Part shown: positions 20,700 through 30,949 of the stretch, piece by piece
How the letters are laid out: the number at the start of each line of letters is the position of its first letter
Position numbering within the stretch: the first letter of the stretch is position 1
From: Bacillota bacterium
GTDB taxonomy: Bacteria > Bacillota > Clostridia > Acetivibrionales > DTU013
Length of the DNA stretch: 64,000 nt
NCBI GenBank assembly: GCA_023439545.1
Contig: JAEXNT010000031.1
Span: forward strand, 25,994-89,993
Direction: 5' to 3'
Notes under the pieces: generated by a model
What the model saw: only the letters and a program-made list of their open reading frames with translations
Told to the model about the DNA's origin: nothing
The model's database searches: none
Made by a program: the position numbers and the translations under genes

Positions 20700-20945
20700 G
20701 GCGGTTCAGACAGATACGGGTATCCGCTTCGTCGAATACAGGCTGCAGAAGCAATGCTCACTTTCGTGCGGGCGCTGATCATTCGACATCCCTGTCTCAC
20801 ATCAAGCGCCTGCGGCGTCCCTGCCGCAGGTTCGGCAGACTTGACACCGCACTCAAGTTTCGCAATACTTCACAGCCTGTAACTTTTCCTTCGCACGATA
20901 CCTTTTATCCGGCTGAACCACCCGTCCCCGACAGGCTTTATAACG
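20700..20945. other. GC-rich non-coding element with terminal inverted repeats and several internal stems
   Basis: CGGGCGGTTCAGACAGATACGGGTATC (left) is complementary to GATACCTTTTATCCGGCTGAACCACCCG (right). Internal stems are GCGGGCGCTGAT/ATCAAGCGCCTGC and CCTGCGGC-gtccct-GCCGCAGG. No credible ORF. Confidence 0.35.
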
Positions 20946-20981
20946 CATGATCAATGTATCCGCCTGCCTTGCTCGTGATAA

Positions 20982-22355
20982 TTATTCAAGGCACACGTTC
21001 TGAGCGCGTAATGTTTTGCGAAGCTCTGAAATATCGATTTCCCGAACGCTTACGCCCGCTTTTGCGGCAAGTGCGGCAGCCGTGCCGACAGCCTGGCCCT
21101 GGGCCATGCAGGAACCGGTATTTCTTGTCGACATGTGAGCCTCCCAGGTTGATGTGATAAGACGGCCGGCAACAAGCATGCCATCCAGGCCCTTTGGTAT
21201 AAATGCACGGTACGGAATGCCGTAATATCCGGCATCCTTGATCATGATTCTCGGAGCGCAGTCATGGAACCCGTAAAGCATGACTTCATCGTCGAATCTC
21301 GCACAGTTGACGATCTCGTCAAGCGTCATTTCATGCTCACATTCTATTATTCTCGTGAGACGTACTCCTAATGATACAGGCGTCCAGTTGACATAAGCGT
21401 GTTCAAATCCCGGAACGTGCTTGATAAGCATAGCTGCAAGCTTCATAGCCTGCCTGCGTATTTTCATCTCCGCATTTGACAGCTCGACCGTATTTGTCGC
21501 ATCAACGCTGCGTAAATTACAGGAGTTGATGTATGTGAAATTATTCTCGTGCAGGGCAAATCCCAGCGGGCCCCACATACCGTTCGATTCCATAAACTCT
21601 TTGAAAACCGGAAGCTTCTTCAGCTCAAATCCAAGGCGTATTATATCGTCTACTTCACTGCCCTTGTCGCCGCGGATCAGCTGGTTGACCATGCCGTTTT
21701 CCTCAAGAAATTTCACAAGCCTTGGCATATCGACGTTGCACATTCCAAAAGGGAAACCTACGTTGGTCTTATCATGACGTTTCACGAAGCTTGCTCCCGC
21801 AAACGCGGCAACATCGCCGTCACCTGTCGTATCGATGACCGTATTGGCAAGGATGGCTTCACGGCCCGATTTACCTTCAATAATGATACCTTTGACGGTA
21901 TTGCCTTCTTTTACGGCGTCGACGACCATTACGTGCAGAAGTACCCGGACTCCCGCCTCCTCCAGCATCTGAAAGATTACGTCCTTGAAAATTTCCCAGT
22001 CGATAAGGGTTATTCTCGAATCGTAGCTGCCGCCCTTATCCTGTTCAAGATGTCCCAGGCAGCCGCCGTTTTCAATCATGCGCTCGACGATCTCCTCGGG
22101 AATACCCTTGATCACCTGCTTCTCTTCGGCTCCAGGGAAAGCTTTATAAAGATTGAAGAAGCTGTGAATGGGTCCTGCTCCGTTAATAAGCGTACCGCCC
22201 AAAAAGCCGTATCGATCGGCAAGTATGGTACCGGCTCCGTTCCTGGCCGCAGCTATGGCGGCAACTACGCCCGCCGTGCCGCCTCCGGCGATTACGACGT
22301 CGCATTCGTAGCTGACCGGCGTTTTTTTGTTTTCAATAATAAACTTATCGCTCAT
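20982..22355 (-). CDS. FAD-dependent oxidoreductase (GIDA/FAD_oxidored-like)
   Basis: N-terminal dinucleotide fold DVVIAGGGTAGVVAAIAAAR; 457 aa; 27 bp downstream of the GH5 gene. Confidence 0.75.
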   Translation of the reverse strand: MSDKFIIENKKTPVSYECDVVIAGGGTAGVVAAIAAARNGAGTILADRYGFLGGTLINGAGPIHSFFNLYKAFPGAEEKQVIKGIPEEIVERMIENGGCLGHLEQDKGGSYDSRITLIDWEIFKDVIFQMLEEAGVRVLLHVMVVDAVKEGNTVKGIIIEGKSGREAILANTVIDTTGDGDVAAFAGASFVKRHDKTNVGFPFGMCNVDMPRLVKFLEENGMVNQLIRGDKGSEVDDIIRLGFELKKLPVFKEFMESNGMWGPLGFALHENNFTYINSCNLRSVDATNTVELSNAEMKIRRQAMKLAAMLIKHVPGFEHAYVNWTPVSLGVRLTRIIECEHEMTLDEIVNCARFDDEVMLYGFHDCAPRIMIKDAGYYGIPYRAFIPKGLDGMLVAGRLITSTWEAHMSTRNTGSCMAQGQAVGTAAALAAKAGVSVREIDISELRKTLRAQNVCLE

Positions 22356-22382
22356 AATAAAACCTTTCCTGGCATATCGTTT

Positions 22383-23852
22383 TCATTGCTGCAGCCTGTT
22401 TTTTAATATTTCCATATATGGCTTGTTGATATTGCATTTGTCAAATGAGAAGGATTTCATTATCCTTATGATATCCTCATCGCTGCAATCTATGAACTTT
22501 GCGGCATATTCAGGCTGCAGCACGCCCGCTGCAAATCCCGTCAGCAATGCATAACCCATACACTTCTGGAAGGTTCCGAAGGTATAGTTGGGAGCCTCGT
22601 CGAGCAGGGACATCATATACTTTGTAAAATCCCTGGTCACCATTTTACCGGGGCATTCGCTGCGCCAGGCTGTGAAGTTTTCAGCTCCAAGAAGGCCTTT
22701 CAGCCGCTGAACAGCAGCCACACGCTGCATATATTCGCTTTCGGGCTCGAGAGTGACCCAGCCCATGGTGCCGCAATCCTTGAAAGTCCATGTAGTCCAA
22801 TGCAGCCCGAGCTCGTTCATTGCCCTTAGCTGATCGTTCATGGAGGCAAGGCGGTATTTGTTATCTTCCTCGCCCGTGCAGTACTGTGAACCGAATTCGC
22901 CGACCCAAAGCGGGACCTGGTATTTTTCAGAGAACTGCCAGCCCTCGGACTCCTTCAGGTGCTTTATCTGCTGCTCGTAGTCCCAATAACAGCTTTCCTC
23001 TATACGGTCGTTATGAAGCATCGCATAGTGGCCGGGATACTCCCCGGGCCCGAAGCTCGATACGATATAGTCGTGTGACGAATAAACGAGGTTATCCGCA
23101 AAAGGCGCTTCCATCCCTGCAAAATTGTGACCGTACGAGTCGCCTTCGATAAAAATGATATGTTTGGGATCTATTTCCCTGATCCTGTCTACGGCGGTAT
23201 GGATTACACGGTTGAATCTTTCGTAATCCGAATGGAAATTCTCATACATGTTGAAGGGGTAATCGCCCGAGCGCGCGTTCGAACTGGGCTCATTCAGCAG
23301 CTCATAGCCTGCCACGGCAGGGCAATCCCTGAAGCGCCTCGCTATTTCCTGCAGCAGAGCAAAATAACGTTTCTGGTAGCATGCGTCGCGCCAAAACAAT
23401 GAAACACCGCGGTCGTTATCGCTGTGCCAATGGGAATTCTGCCAGCCCTGGACGGCATGCATATCGAGTATCACATATATTCCGTATTTTTCGCAGACCT
23501 CCAGAATGCTTTTCAGTAATTCGAAGCCCTCTTCCTTATATTCGAAAGGATGCTCATCATCCTCAAAATGGCGGTAGTTCAAGGCAAGACGCACGCATGT
23601 CGCACCCTGCTCCTTTATAAAACGTATGTCCGCTTCGGCAAGGAAATTGGCGATCATTTCGTTAAAAAACAGCCTGGCTTTGTCTTCGCCGAGCTTTTGG
23701 GCAACATGCTCACGAAGTGAAATTTCCGTGCCGGGAAAACCATTGATAAAGTTCTCCATATTCATCCAGCCGCCCACGCAGGTTCCGCGCAGAAACACCT
23801 GCCTGCCGGATTCCGTCAGTATCTGTTTGCCTTGGGTATGAAGATATTCCAT
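22383..23852 (-). CDS. Glycoside hydrolase family 5, intracellular
   Basis: Acid/base YELLNEP, nucleophile WVGEFG, no signal peptide. Confidence 0.8.
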   Translation of the reverse strand: MEYLHTQGKQILTESGRQVFLRGTCVGGWMNMENFINGFPGTEISLREHVAQKLGEDKARLFFNEMIANFLAEADIRFIKEQGATCVRLALNYRHFEDDEHPFEYKEEGFELLKSILEVCEKYGIYVILDMHAVQGWQNSHWHSDNDRGVSLFWRDACYQKRYFALLQEIARRFRDCPAVAGYELLNEPSSNARSGDYPFNMYENFHSDYERFNRVIHTAVDRIREIDPKHIIFIEGDSYGHNFAGMEAPFADNLVYSSHDYIVSSFGPGEYPGHYAMLHNDRIEESCYWDYEQQIKHLKESEGWQFSEKYQVPLWVGEFGSQYCTGEEDNKYRLASMNDQLRAMNELGLHWTTWTFKDCGTMGWVTLEPESEYMQRVAAVQRLKGLLGAENFTAWRSECPGKMVTRDFTKYMMSLLDEAPNYTFGTFQKCMGYALLTGFAAGVLQPEYAAKFIDCSDEDIIRIMKSFSFDKCNINKPYMEILKNRLQQ

Positions 23853-24107
23853 AGTAATTATCTTCCTTTCATGCGTTTTTTTGTCCGAGCTTTCTGATAA
23901 TTTCTTATAAACGTAAAAACCGTCAATAACGTGATACTAGCATAAATACCGTAATATATAAATATGGTTTTTTGTCAACATTTTTACCTCTCCGATGAAA
24001 AGCCAGATTTTATTAACAAAGATGTTGATATTTTTTAGTACTAGGCGGACGATTTTTGTGTGAATATAATTTTATACGAAATATAAAATTTGCGGGGGGT
24101 TACATTA

Positions 24108-25532
24108 ATGAAAAAGATTAAAGCTCTGAGTTTGATCTTGAGTATGTTCATGCTGGTATCCGTTGCGGCATGCTCTAACTCCGGAACATCGGACGGGGAA
24201 GCCTCGGCTTCAACAGCGGCAACAGCGGCCGGAACTACGGGTGGTTCCGCGGCGGCGCCTGCTGTTGATACCATTACAATGTGGTCTAACGATACACATG
24301 ACCAATCCGTCTACAACAAGGTAATTGAAGATTTCAACAACACGACCGGCAAGGAAAAAGGAATCGTCGTAAATTACACGGTATACGGAAGCGACTACTA
24401 CAATGCTCTCGATGTAGCCGTCACCGCAGGTGAAGGCCCCGATATTTTCAAATCCAACAAGGTCGGCAAGTATTCCGAGGCAGGCTATATTATGCCCTGG
24501 GACGATATCCCGGCTCTGAAGACCTTTGTTGACAGGTTTGCCGGCTATAATGCACCCGGATACGGTCTGTTCGGCGGAAAAACTTACGCTGTTCCGATCC
24601 GTGTTACAAATTACGGTCTCGCCCTGAATATGGACATATTCAAAAAGAATAATCTTAAAGAGCCTGCAACCTGGGATGAGATGAGAGAGGCAGCAAAGGT
24701 CATCACCAAGAACGGCAAAGGTCAGATCTACGGTTATGATCTGGCAATGGGCTACGGCAGCTACAATTACTTTTATGTAAATCTTCCGAGCGCCGCAACT
24801 ACCGGTGACGAATATTTCAACCACACAACCGGCAAATACGATTTCGTGTCGCTTGAAGGCTTCTTCAATCATTTGCGCGACATAATAAAGGACGGCAGCA
24901 TGTTCCCCGGCTTCGAAACAATGGATGGGGATACTGCAAGAGCACAGTTTTCGGCAGGTAACATCGGTATGGTCGGCGTAATGTCTTCAGACGTTGCTAC
25001 CTTCAAAAACCAATTCCCCTGCAATTTTGAATGGAAGGTCATACCGTACCCTGTAAAGGATGCAAGCCAGCATTACAAGTATCCGACCGGCGTTTCACTG
25101 TCCTACGTGATCAGCTCGAACGTCGCGAAAAAAGGCGTACAGGATAAGGTTGCCGATTTCCTGAACGTTCTCTACTCCGACAAGACCTTTGTCGACACCT
25201 ACCAAAACCAGTTCGACATATCGATCCTCGGTGATGAGATTACAAGCAAGGCTTCTGTCGATAAACTCGATCCGAACTGGGTGACCTTCTCGGATATGGA
25301 TATCTTCGCAATCAAGAAGCCTAATCCTGACAGTGACCTCAGCATAGAAGGCGAGTCGTACCAGGATGTGTACAACAAGATAATCACAGGCATGGCGGAT
25401 GTGCACACTGCGCTTGCGGATCTTGACAAACGTTACAATGAAGCCCTCGACGTTGCTGTTAAAGACGGCAAGGTCAAAATCGAGAATTATATCGACAAAA
25501 ATATAAGCGAAAAGATGGCTTGGACCAAATAA
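24108..25532 (+). CDS. ABC sugar transporter substrate-binding lipoprotein
   Basis: MKKIKALSLILSMFMLVSVAAC lipobox, Ser/Ala/Thr linker, family-1 SBP length. Confidence 0.85.
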   Translation: MKKIKALSLILSMFMLVSVAACSNSGTSDGEASASTAATAAGTTGGSAAAPAVDTITMWSNDTHDQSVYNKVIEDFNNTTGKEKGIVVNYTVYGSDYYNALDVAVTAGEGPDIFKSNKVGKYSEAGYIMPWDDIPALKTFVDRFAGYNAPGYGLFGGKTYAVPIRVTNYGLALNMDIFKKNNLKEPATWDEMREAAKVITKNGKGQIYGYDLAMGYGSYNYFYVNLPSAATTGDEYFNHTTGKYDFVSLEGFFNHLRDIIKDGSMFPGFETMDGDTARAQFSAGNIGMVGVMSSDVATFKNQFPCNFEWKVIPYPVKDASQHYKYPTGVSLSYVISSNVAKKGVQDKVADFLNVLYSDKTFVDTYQNQFDISILGDEITSKASVDKLDPNWVTFSDMDIFAIKKPNPDSDLSIEGESYQDVYNKIITGMADVHTALADLDKRYNEALDVAVKDGKVKIENYIDKNISEKMAWTK

Positions 25533-25566
25533 ACCTCAGATTTAAAACGTAAGTCGAATTCAGCAG

Positions 25567-25615
25567 TGCCTCTAAATCAAAGAACCCGAATAATGTCCAT
25601 GATTTAGAGGCATTT
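25567..25615 (+). terminator. Stem-loop between the SBP and permease genes (partial terminator or mRNA stabiliser)
   Basis: 13-bp stem TGCCTCTAAATCA / TGATTTAGAGGCA followed by TTTGCTCTT. Confidence 0.5.
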
Positions 25616-25658
25616 GCTCTTATTCGGCCTTATTTCTCAATAAAAAGGCGGTGTTCTT

Positions 25659-26582
25659 TTGAAAAAGGGAAAAAACGCTCTGCGCGCAGGCGCATCGGAC
25701 AGGATACAGGAAGTTTTGATGATATCCCCGATGTTTATAGGATTCTTGCTTTTTTCGATATATCCTATCATATGGGTTTTAAGATGGGCATTCTTCAAAT
25801 ATAACGGGTATTCGACCCCTGTGTTTATAGGCTTTGACAACTTCGTAAGGGCATTCTCGCGGGACCCCTCATATTGGAGCGCGCTGGGAAACACATTTAT
25901 CATAGCCGGACTTAAAATGGTGGTTGAGATACCGCTGGCCCTGATTCTGGCGGTACTTCTTAACAACAAGGTCAGATTCAGCTCCGCATTCCGTGTCGTA
26001 TACTTTCTGCCCTCCGTATTCAGCATAGCGGTCGTAGGATTGATTTTCTCCATAATGTTCAGCTCCTATAACGGTATCGTCAATGCGATTTTACGGCAAT
26101 TCGGCCTGACAGCCACGAATATAGGCTGGTTCAGCGATAAATGGCACGCCCTGTTTGTAATTATACTGGTTTCGCTCTGGACTACCTTCGGCCTGAACAT
26201 GATTTACTTTCTGACCGGACTGCAGAACATTCCGGCGGCGATGTATGAAAGCGCGTCAATCGACGGCGCAAGTGAAACCCAGATGTTTTTTCATATCACG
26301 ATACCGCTGGTTGCACCCGTACTGCAGCTTGTCATAATGCTCAGCGTCCTGGGAACGCTTAAAATGACGGATTTGATACTCGTCCTGACCAACGGTGCGC
26401 CAGGCGGCTCGACCGAGGTCGTAATGACGGATATTTTCAAGTATTTCTTCTCATACGGGGACACTGCGGCGACAGATGTTCAGTATGGATATGCCTCTGC
26501 TCTTGCCGTTATCACAGCCATAATACTGTGCATTGTAACGGCCATCTATCTGAGGGCCTCCAGAAAAATGCAGGAAGTATAA
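25659..26582 (+). CDS. ABC sugar transporter permease (MalF/UgpA-like)
   Basis: Six hydrophobic helices; EAA loop YESASIDGASETQMFFHITIPL. Confidence 0.85.
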   Translation: MKKGKNALRAGASDRIQEVLMISPMFIGFLLFSIYPIIWVLRWAFFKYNGYSTPVFIGFDNFVRAFSRDPSYWSALGNTFIIAGLKMVVEIPLALILAVLLNNKVRFSSAFRVVYFLPSVFSIAVVGLIFSIMFSSYNGIVNAILRQFGLTATNIGWFSDKWHALFVIILVSLWTTFGLNMIYFLTGLQNIPAAMYESASIDGASETQMFFHITIPLVAPVLQLVIMLSVLGTLKMTDLILVLTNGAPGGSTEVVMTDIFKYFFSYGDTAATDVQYGYASALAVITAIILCIVTAIYLRASRKMQEV

Positions 26583-26603
26583 AGACGAAAGGGGAAAAGC
26601 GAA

Positions 26604-27452
26604 GTGAAAATTACGGGCAGAGCCATAGCAAAGGTTGTCATCTATCTGTTGCTGTTAATAATAACGATTTTTGCGGTTTTTCCGATCATATATATATTGC
26701 TGAGTTCTTTCAAGTCTACTCAGGAAATACTTGTGGGCGGCACAAAGCTTATACCGGTGCAGTGGCATTTTGACAATTACGTTAAGGCATGGAACCTTGC
26801 CAATTTCGGCAAACTGACTTTCAACAGCATTTATTATGCGTTTTTTATCGTAATCGGCTCCATAGCTGCTTCGATAACCTCCGGCTATGTATTTTCCAGA
26901 GGCAGGACCAGGGTAACGAAGTTTATATACAGGATGGTGCTTGCTTCCCTTTTCGTATCGATAGGAACGCTTGCTCTGTATCCCCAGCTGAGCCTTGCGA
27001 AGGTGTTCGGCCTGAGCGGATCCCTTTGGGGGCCTATTGTTATCAGGGTTTTTGGGATGAATGCAACCGAAGTTTTTATCGCAACCGGCAATATCAACCA
27101 GATACCCAGGGAAATAGATGAGGCTGCGAAAATCGACGGCTGTAATTTTTTCAGGATATTCTGGCAGATTATTTTCCCGCTGTGCAAGCCTCTTATTGCC
27201 ACTGTCGGATTGATTTCCTTCCGTACGGCCTGGAGCGACTACCTGCTTCCGTACGTGTTCACGATATCCAAAAAATCAATGTGGCCTCTGGTTGTCGGCG
27301 TCGTCAGCCTTAAGTCGAACGGCGAAGCGGTATCGCAGTGGAGCTTGATGCTTGCCGGAATAAGCATATCCATTTTGCCGATGATGATAATTTATCTCCT
27401 GCTCAACCGTTACTTTATTGCCGGACTTACGGAAGGTTCGGTAAAAGGCTAA
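26604..27452 (+). CDS. ABC sugar transporter permease (MalG/UgpE-like)
   Basis: GTG start; EAA loop DEAAKIDGCNFFRIFWQIIFPL. Confidence 0.85.
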   Translation: MKITGRAIAKVVIYLLLLIITIFAVFPIIYILLSSFKSTQEILVGGTKLIPVQWHFDNYVKAWNLANFGKLTFNSIYYAFFIVIGSIAASITSGYVFSRGRTRVTKFIYRMVLASLFVSIGTLALYPQLSLAKVFGLSGSLWGPIVIRVFGMNATEVFIATGNINQIPREIDEAAKIDGCNFFRIFWQIIFPLCKPLIATVGLISFRTAWSDYLLPYVFTISKKSMWPLVVGVVSLKSNGEAVSQWSLMLAGISISILPMMIIYLLLNRYFIAGLTEGSVKG

Positions 27453-27647
27453 AACTTCAGTTATTCAGTATAATTCCGATTTATACGCAATCTGACCGTT
27501 GAGGGCCGAAGCTGATGCTTTGCCGGAATCACCGGTCTTTTTGCCATTGTAATATTTACCGCATCCTGGTTTATGGATTTATCCCGGTTATCGGTTTATA
27601 ATTAAAACAATGTTTTCAGGCATAGACTACCTGATGTTAAGGAACCG

Positions 27648-29204
27648 GTGCAGCAGATGTTTTATACGATTGGCTTGCTGATGTTGTTTTCGCTGATTCT
27701 CATAATATTCGATCACAAGGACCGCTATTGCTACCTTTTCGTAATGATGGCCCTCGGGGCTATGATTGCCTTTTTTTCAATAATATTGCATATCAATATG
27801 TTCGGGAGCTACTACTATTACAACGACGACTTTTTTTACAAACTCGATTACAATATATACAAGCTTATAACCGAAAATGTTAAAATCCCGATATCGATGA
27901 ATATCAGGCTCATGAATGCCGGCGTGGCTTTGTATCTTTTTGCGATGCCGGTATTCTATATGGAATTCTGTAAAAGCGCTTTCCGCAGAATCAAATTCAA
28001 AATGCTTAACAGAGTTTCCGGCTATGCGTTATTCTTGATCCCGGTCATGTCCATGCTGATTTATGATCCGAAAGTTTCGACAATGGCTTATATAAAATAC
28101 CATCAAAGCGGAAACAAAGAGCTTTTCTTCAATGCCTTAAGCGCTGCCAATACGGTCTACAAGCTGCTCGTCCTGTTTGCCATGCTTCTTCCGATTGCGG
28201 TCCTGTTTATTTATACTTCCAGAACCAAGATATTGTACATGAAAAAAAGAATAGCGCTGCTGGCCTCCGGACTGTTTCTTTTCGATGCGATATTCTATAT
28301 ATTCTTTTACGTAGGCCCTTTCAGCGTATCCGTATCGAAGGTCAGCAGAAGCGGGTTCTGGATATTCGAAAATTTCCAGATCAAAACCTACAGCCTGTAT
28401 TTTGTAGCGCCTCTGTTCGCATTATCCACCATATCCATTTGTATATTTATTCTGCTGAGCTTCAGGATGGATGTTTCGGCGACTCCGTTCTTCGGGAGGA
28501 AACTCCAGAAAAACTTCAACCTTATGAACGACATCCTTAGTGAAACTTTGCACTCGCAAAAGAATCTGCTATTTGCCTTTCAGATACTGGCCAATAAAAT
28601 CGACGAAAAGGTCGAGGGCGATAAGGGAAAAGATGAAATAGGCAGGCTGAAGGCTTTGACCGACAGCTCGCTGCACGATACGGCGGCAATGCTCGACAGC
28701 CTGCGTGAGATCAAGTATCACTACATTAACAATGGCATCGCGGGCATTGTAGACGAAGCGGTATCACAGATCTCAGTGCCCGATAATATCACGATCGAAT
28801 GGGAGGCCGGCGCTTACAAGGGTCAAAAGCTAAACGGCATGTTCGACAGGTATCATTTATGTAAAGCGCTCGTCAATGTTATAAATAATTCGATAGAGGC
28901 TATTAATAAATCGGGCAGGCCGAGTGGAAGAATAACTATCGAAATAACTTATATTTTCAACTGGATCGTTGTCTCAATCACGGACAACGGAACAGGAATA
29001 AAAAGGTCCTCAATTAACAAGATATTTACTCCGCATTATTCCAGTAAAAGCGGCAGGTTCAACTGGGGGTTGGGCCTGTCTTATACTTACAGGGTAGTAA
29101 AAGCGCACCTCGGGCAGATTAAAATCGACAGCAGGTTCGGCAAATATACGTCTGTACTAATTATGCTGCCTTTGAGCAGGGGAGGAAAAGATGGCCGGGA
29201 TTAA
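27648..29204 (+). CDS. Polytopic membrane sensor histidine kinase
   Basis: About 280 aa of TM helices, then an HATPase_c domain (N box NVINNSIEA, DNGTGI, GLGLS). The start may be GTG 27648 or ATG 27657. Confidence 0.75.
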   Translation: MQQMFYTIGLLMLFSLILIIFDHKDRYCYLFVMMALGAMIAFFSIILHINMFGSYYYYNDDFFYKLDYNIYKLITENVKIPISMNIRLMNAGVALYLFAMPVFYMEFCKSAFRRIKFKMLNRVSGYALFLIPVMSMLIYDPKVSTMAYIKYHQSGNKELFFNALSAANTVYKLLVLFAMLLPIAVLFIYTSRTKILYMKKRIALLASGLFLFDAIFYIFFYVGPFSVSVSKVSRSGFWIFENFQIKTYSLYFVAPLFALSTISICIFILLSFRMDVSATPFFGRKLQKNFNLMNDILSETLHSQKNLLFAFQILANKIDEKVEGDKGKDEIGRLKALTDSSLHDTAAMLDSLREIKYHYINNGIAGIVDEAVSQISVPDNITIEWEAGAYKGQKLNGMFDRYHLCKALVNVINNSIEAINKSGRPSGRITIEITYIFNWIVVSITDNGTGIKRSSINKIFTPHYSSKSGRFNWGLGLSYTYRVVKAHLGQIKIDSRFGKYTSVLIMLPLSRGGKDGRD

Positions 29205-29865
29205 ACTGATTATTGCCGATGATAATGAAGAAATAAGGAATCATCTGTGCGAAATAATTGAAAAGGAATCGGATGATATCGATGTTATCGGTCTTGCAAA
29301 AAGCGGTCGGGAATCAATTGAACTGACCAGGGAGCTCGTGCCGGACGTGGTGCTTATGGACGTGCAGATGGAGACCCGCACAGCCGGTATAGAAGCCATA
29401 GAACAGATAAACGGAATTTATCCCGGAGTGAAATGCATCATGCTGACCATACATGAAAATGAGGAATACATGTTTAGAGCCTATATGGCCGGAGCTGTAG
29501 ATTATATAGTCAAAACCGACCCTACCGAAAAAATCATAAAATCCATACACGATGTGATTGACAACAGGCTGCTGCTGCGTCCGGAGGTTGCACACAAAAT
29601 CATCAACGAATACCATCGTATCAAGGAAACGCATGTGCGGATGAAGGAAACTCTGCAGGTGATGATGATGATAAGCGCAACGGAGTATGAGATACTGCAA
29701 ATGGTCTATAACGGATATACCTATAAGAATATCGCCGAAAAGAGGTATGTTGAGGAGACAACGATCCGGTCGCAGGTGAACCATATACTGAAAAAGTTCG
29801 GCAAGAAAAGGATGAAGGATGTTATCGACCTTTTACGCGAATTGAAAATTTTCGATAAGGACTGA
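29191..29865 (+). CDS. Response regulator, NarL/LuxR (DegU-like) family
   Basis: REC domain (DD...VVLMDVQM), C-terminal LuxR-type HTH. Overlaps the kinase gene by 14 nt. Confidence 0.85.
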   Translation: MAGIKLIIADDNEEIRNHLCEIIEKESDDIDVIGLAKSGRESIELTRELVPDVVLMDVQMETRTAGIEAIEQINGIYPGVKCIMLTIHENEEYMFRAYMAGAVDYIVKTDPTEKIIKSIHDVIDNRLLLRPEVAHKIINEYHRIKETHVRMKETLQVMMMISATEYEILQMVYNGYTYKNIAEKRYVEETTIRSQVNHILKKFGKKRMKDVIDLLRELKIFDKD

Positions 29866-29910
29866 TACAGGCACAGGTATTAGGATTGATAATAGCATGG
29901 GCTGTTGTGC

Positions 29911-29952
29911 AATAATAAAAAACCGGCGGGATGACTGTCGGTCATCCGCCGG
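29911..29952 (-). terminator. Intrinsic terminator of the minus-strand rpiB-tkt operon
   Basis: Stem CCGGCGG(G)ATGAC / GTCATCCGCCGG. The T run on the minus strand is the A run at 29917-29922 on plus. Confidence 0.7.
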
Positions 29953-30016
29953 AATAATGCCTTGGACTGCTTACTTTATGACTGCCTCACTAAATTCTGC
30001 TGCTTTAAAACTCCGG

Positions 30017-30949
30017 CTACTTTAAGAAGTCCAACGCCGATTTTTCTATACCCTTCGCGTCGAGACCATAGTAGGCGAGCAGCTCGTCATACGGGCCCGA
30101 GCTTGCATAGGTCTTGGGTATCCCCAGACGCTTCACTCTTACCGGGCATTTTGAGCTGCATAACTCGGAAACCAGTGTTCCCAGGCCGCCGTCCGCGTAA
30201 TGCTCTTCCACGGTGATGATGCCTTTTGTTTTCAGCGCCGATTCTATGACCAGTTCCTCGTCGATCGGACATACTGTCGGCATGCCAATCAGCCGGATAG
30301 AAACGCCTTGCTTTGAAAGGTTTTCGGCGGCTTCCACCGCGGCTTTTGTCGTGGAACCCGTGGATATTATGGTTACGTCTGTGCCCTCTCTGATGATGCG
30401 GCCCTTTCCGATTACGAAGGGCTGCTCGTCGAACAGGACGGGGATCTTCGGATTTCCGATGCGCATGTAGACCGGCCCCTCATGCTCCATCATGGCTTTT
30501 ACCGCCGTCCTTATTTCTGTCGGATCCTGCGGCGCAAGGACCACAACGCCCGGGATCATCCTTATGATGGCGAAATCCTCGAGAGAGTGATGGGTCGCGC
30601 CCAGGTCGGAATAGGATATGCCGCAGTTACGGCCTACGACCTTGACATTCTGCTTCATATAGCCCAGATCATTCCTGAACATCTCGAACGGTCTTGATGT
30701 CACAAAAGGAGCGATAGCGCAGAATACCGGTATCCTGCCTGTCGTTGCAAGGCCTGAGGCAACGCCTATTACGCCCTGTTCCATGATTCCGCATTCAAAG
30801 TACCTGCCCGGATATTGTTTTACAAAATCTCCGAATCCGGAGCTTTTCCCGCTGTCTGCGGAAAGAACGACTATTTTTTCATTTTCTTTGGCCAGCTCTG
30901 TTACCGCTTTGCCGAATTCTTTCCTCGGATCAAGATATTCTCCGATCAT
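30017..30949 (-). CDS. Transketolase, C-terminal (pyrimidine-binding) subunit, copy 1
   Basis: 310 aa; ECGIMEQ, split-type transketolase; overlaps the N-terminal subunit gene by 4 nt. Confidence 0.9.
   Translation of the reverse strand: MIGEYLDPRKEFGKAVTELAKENEKIVVLSADSGKSSGFGDFVKQYPGRYFECGIMEQGVIGVASGLATTGRIPVFCAIAPFVTSRPFEMFRNDLGYMKQNVKVVGRNCGISYSDLGATHHSLEDFAIIRMIPGVVVLAPQDPTEIRTAVKAMMEHEGPVYMRIGNPKIPVLFDEQPFVIGKGRIIREGTDVTIISTGSTTKAAVEAAENLSKQGVSIRLIGMPTVCPIDEELVIESALKTKGIITVEEHYADGGLGTLVSELCSSKCPVRVKRLGIPKTYASSGPYDELLAYYGLDAKGIEKSALDFLK

Noticed and set aside
23974-24029. Inverted repeat TGTCAACAT ... ATGTTGATA (8 of 9 positions) in the GH5/SBP divergent intergenic region as a regulator site.
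   Set aside because: A single imperfect pair about 40 bp apart, in AT-rich DNA that also resembles -35 boxes. I could not define the adjacent promoters with confidence.
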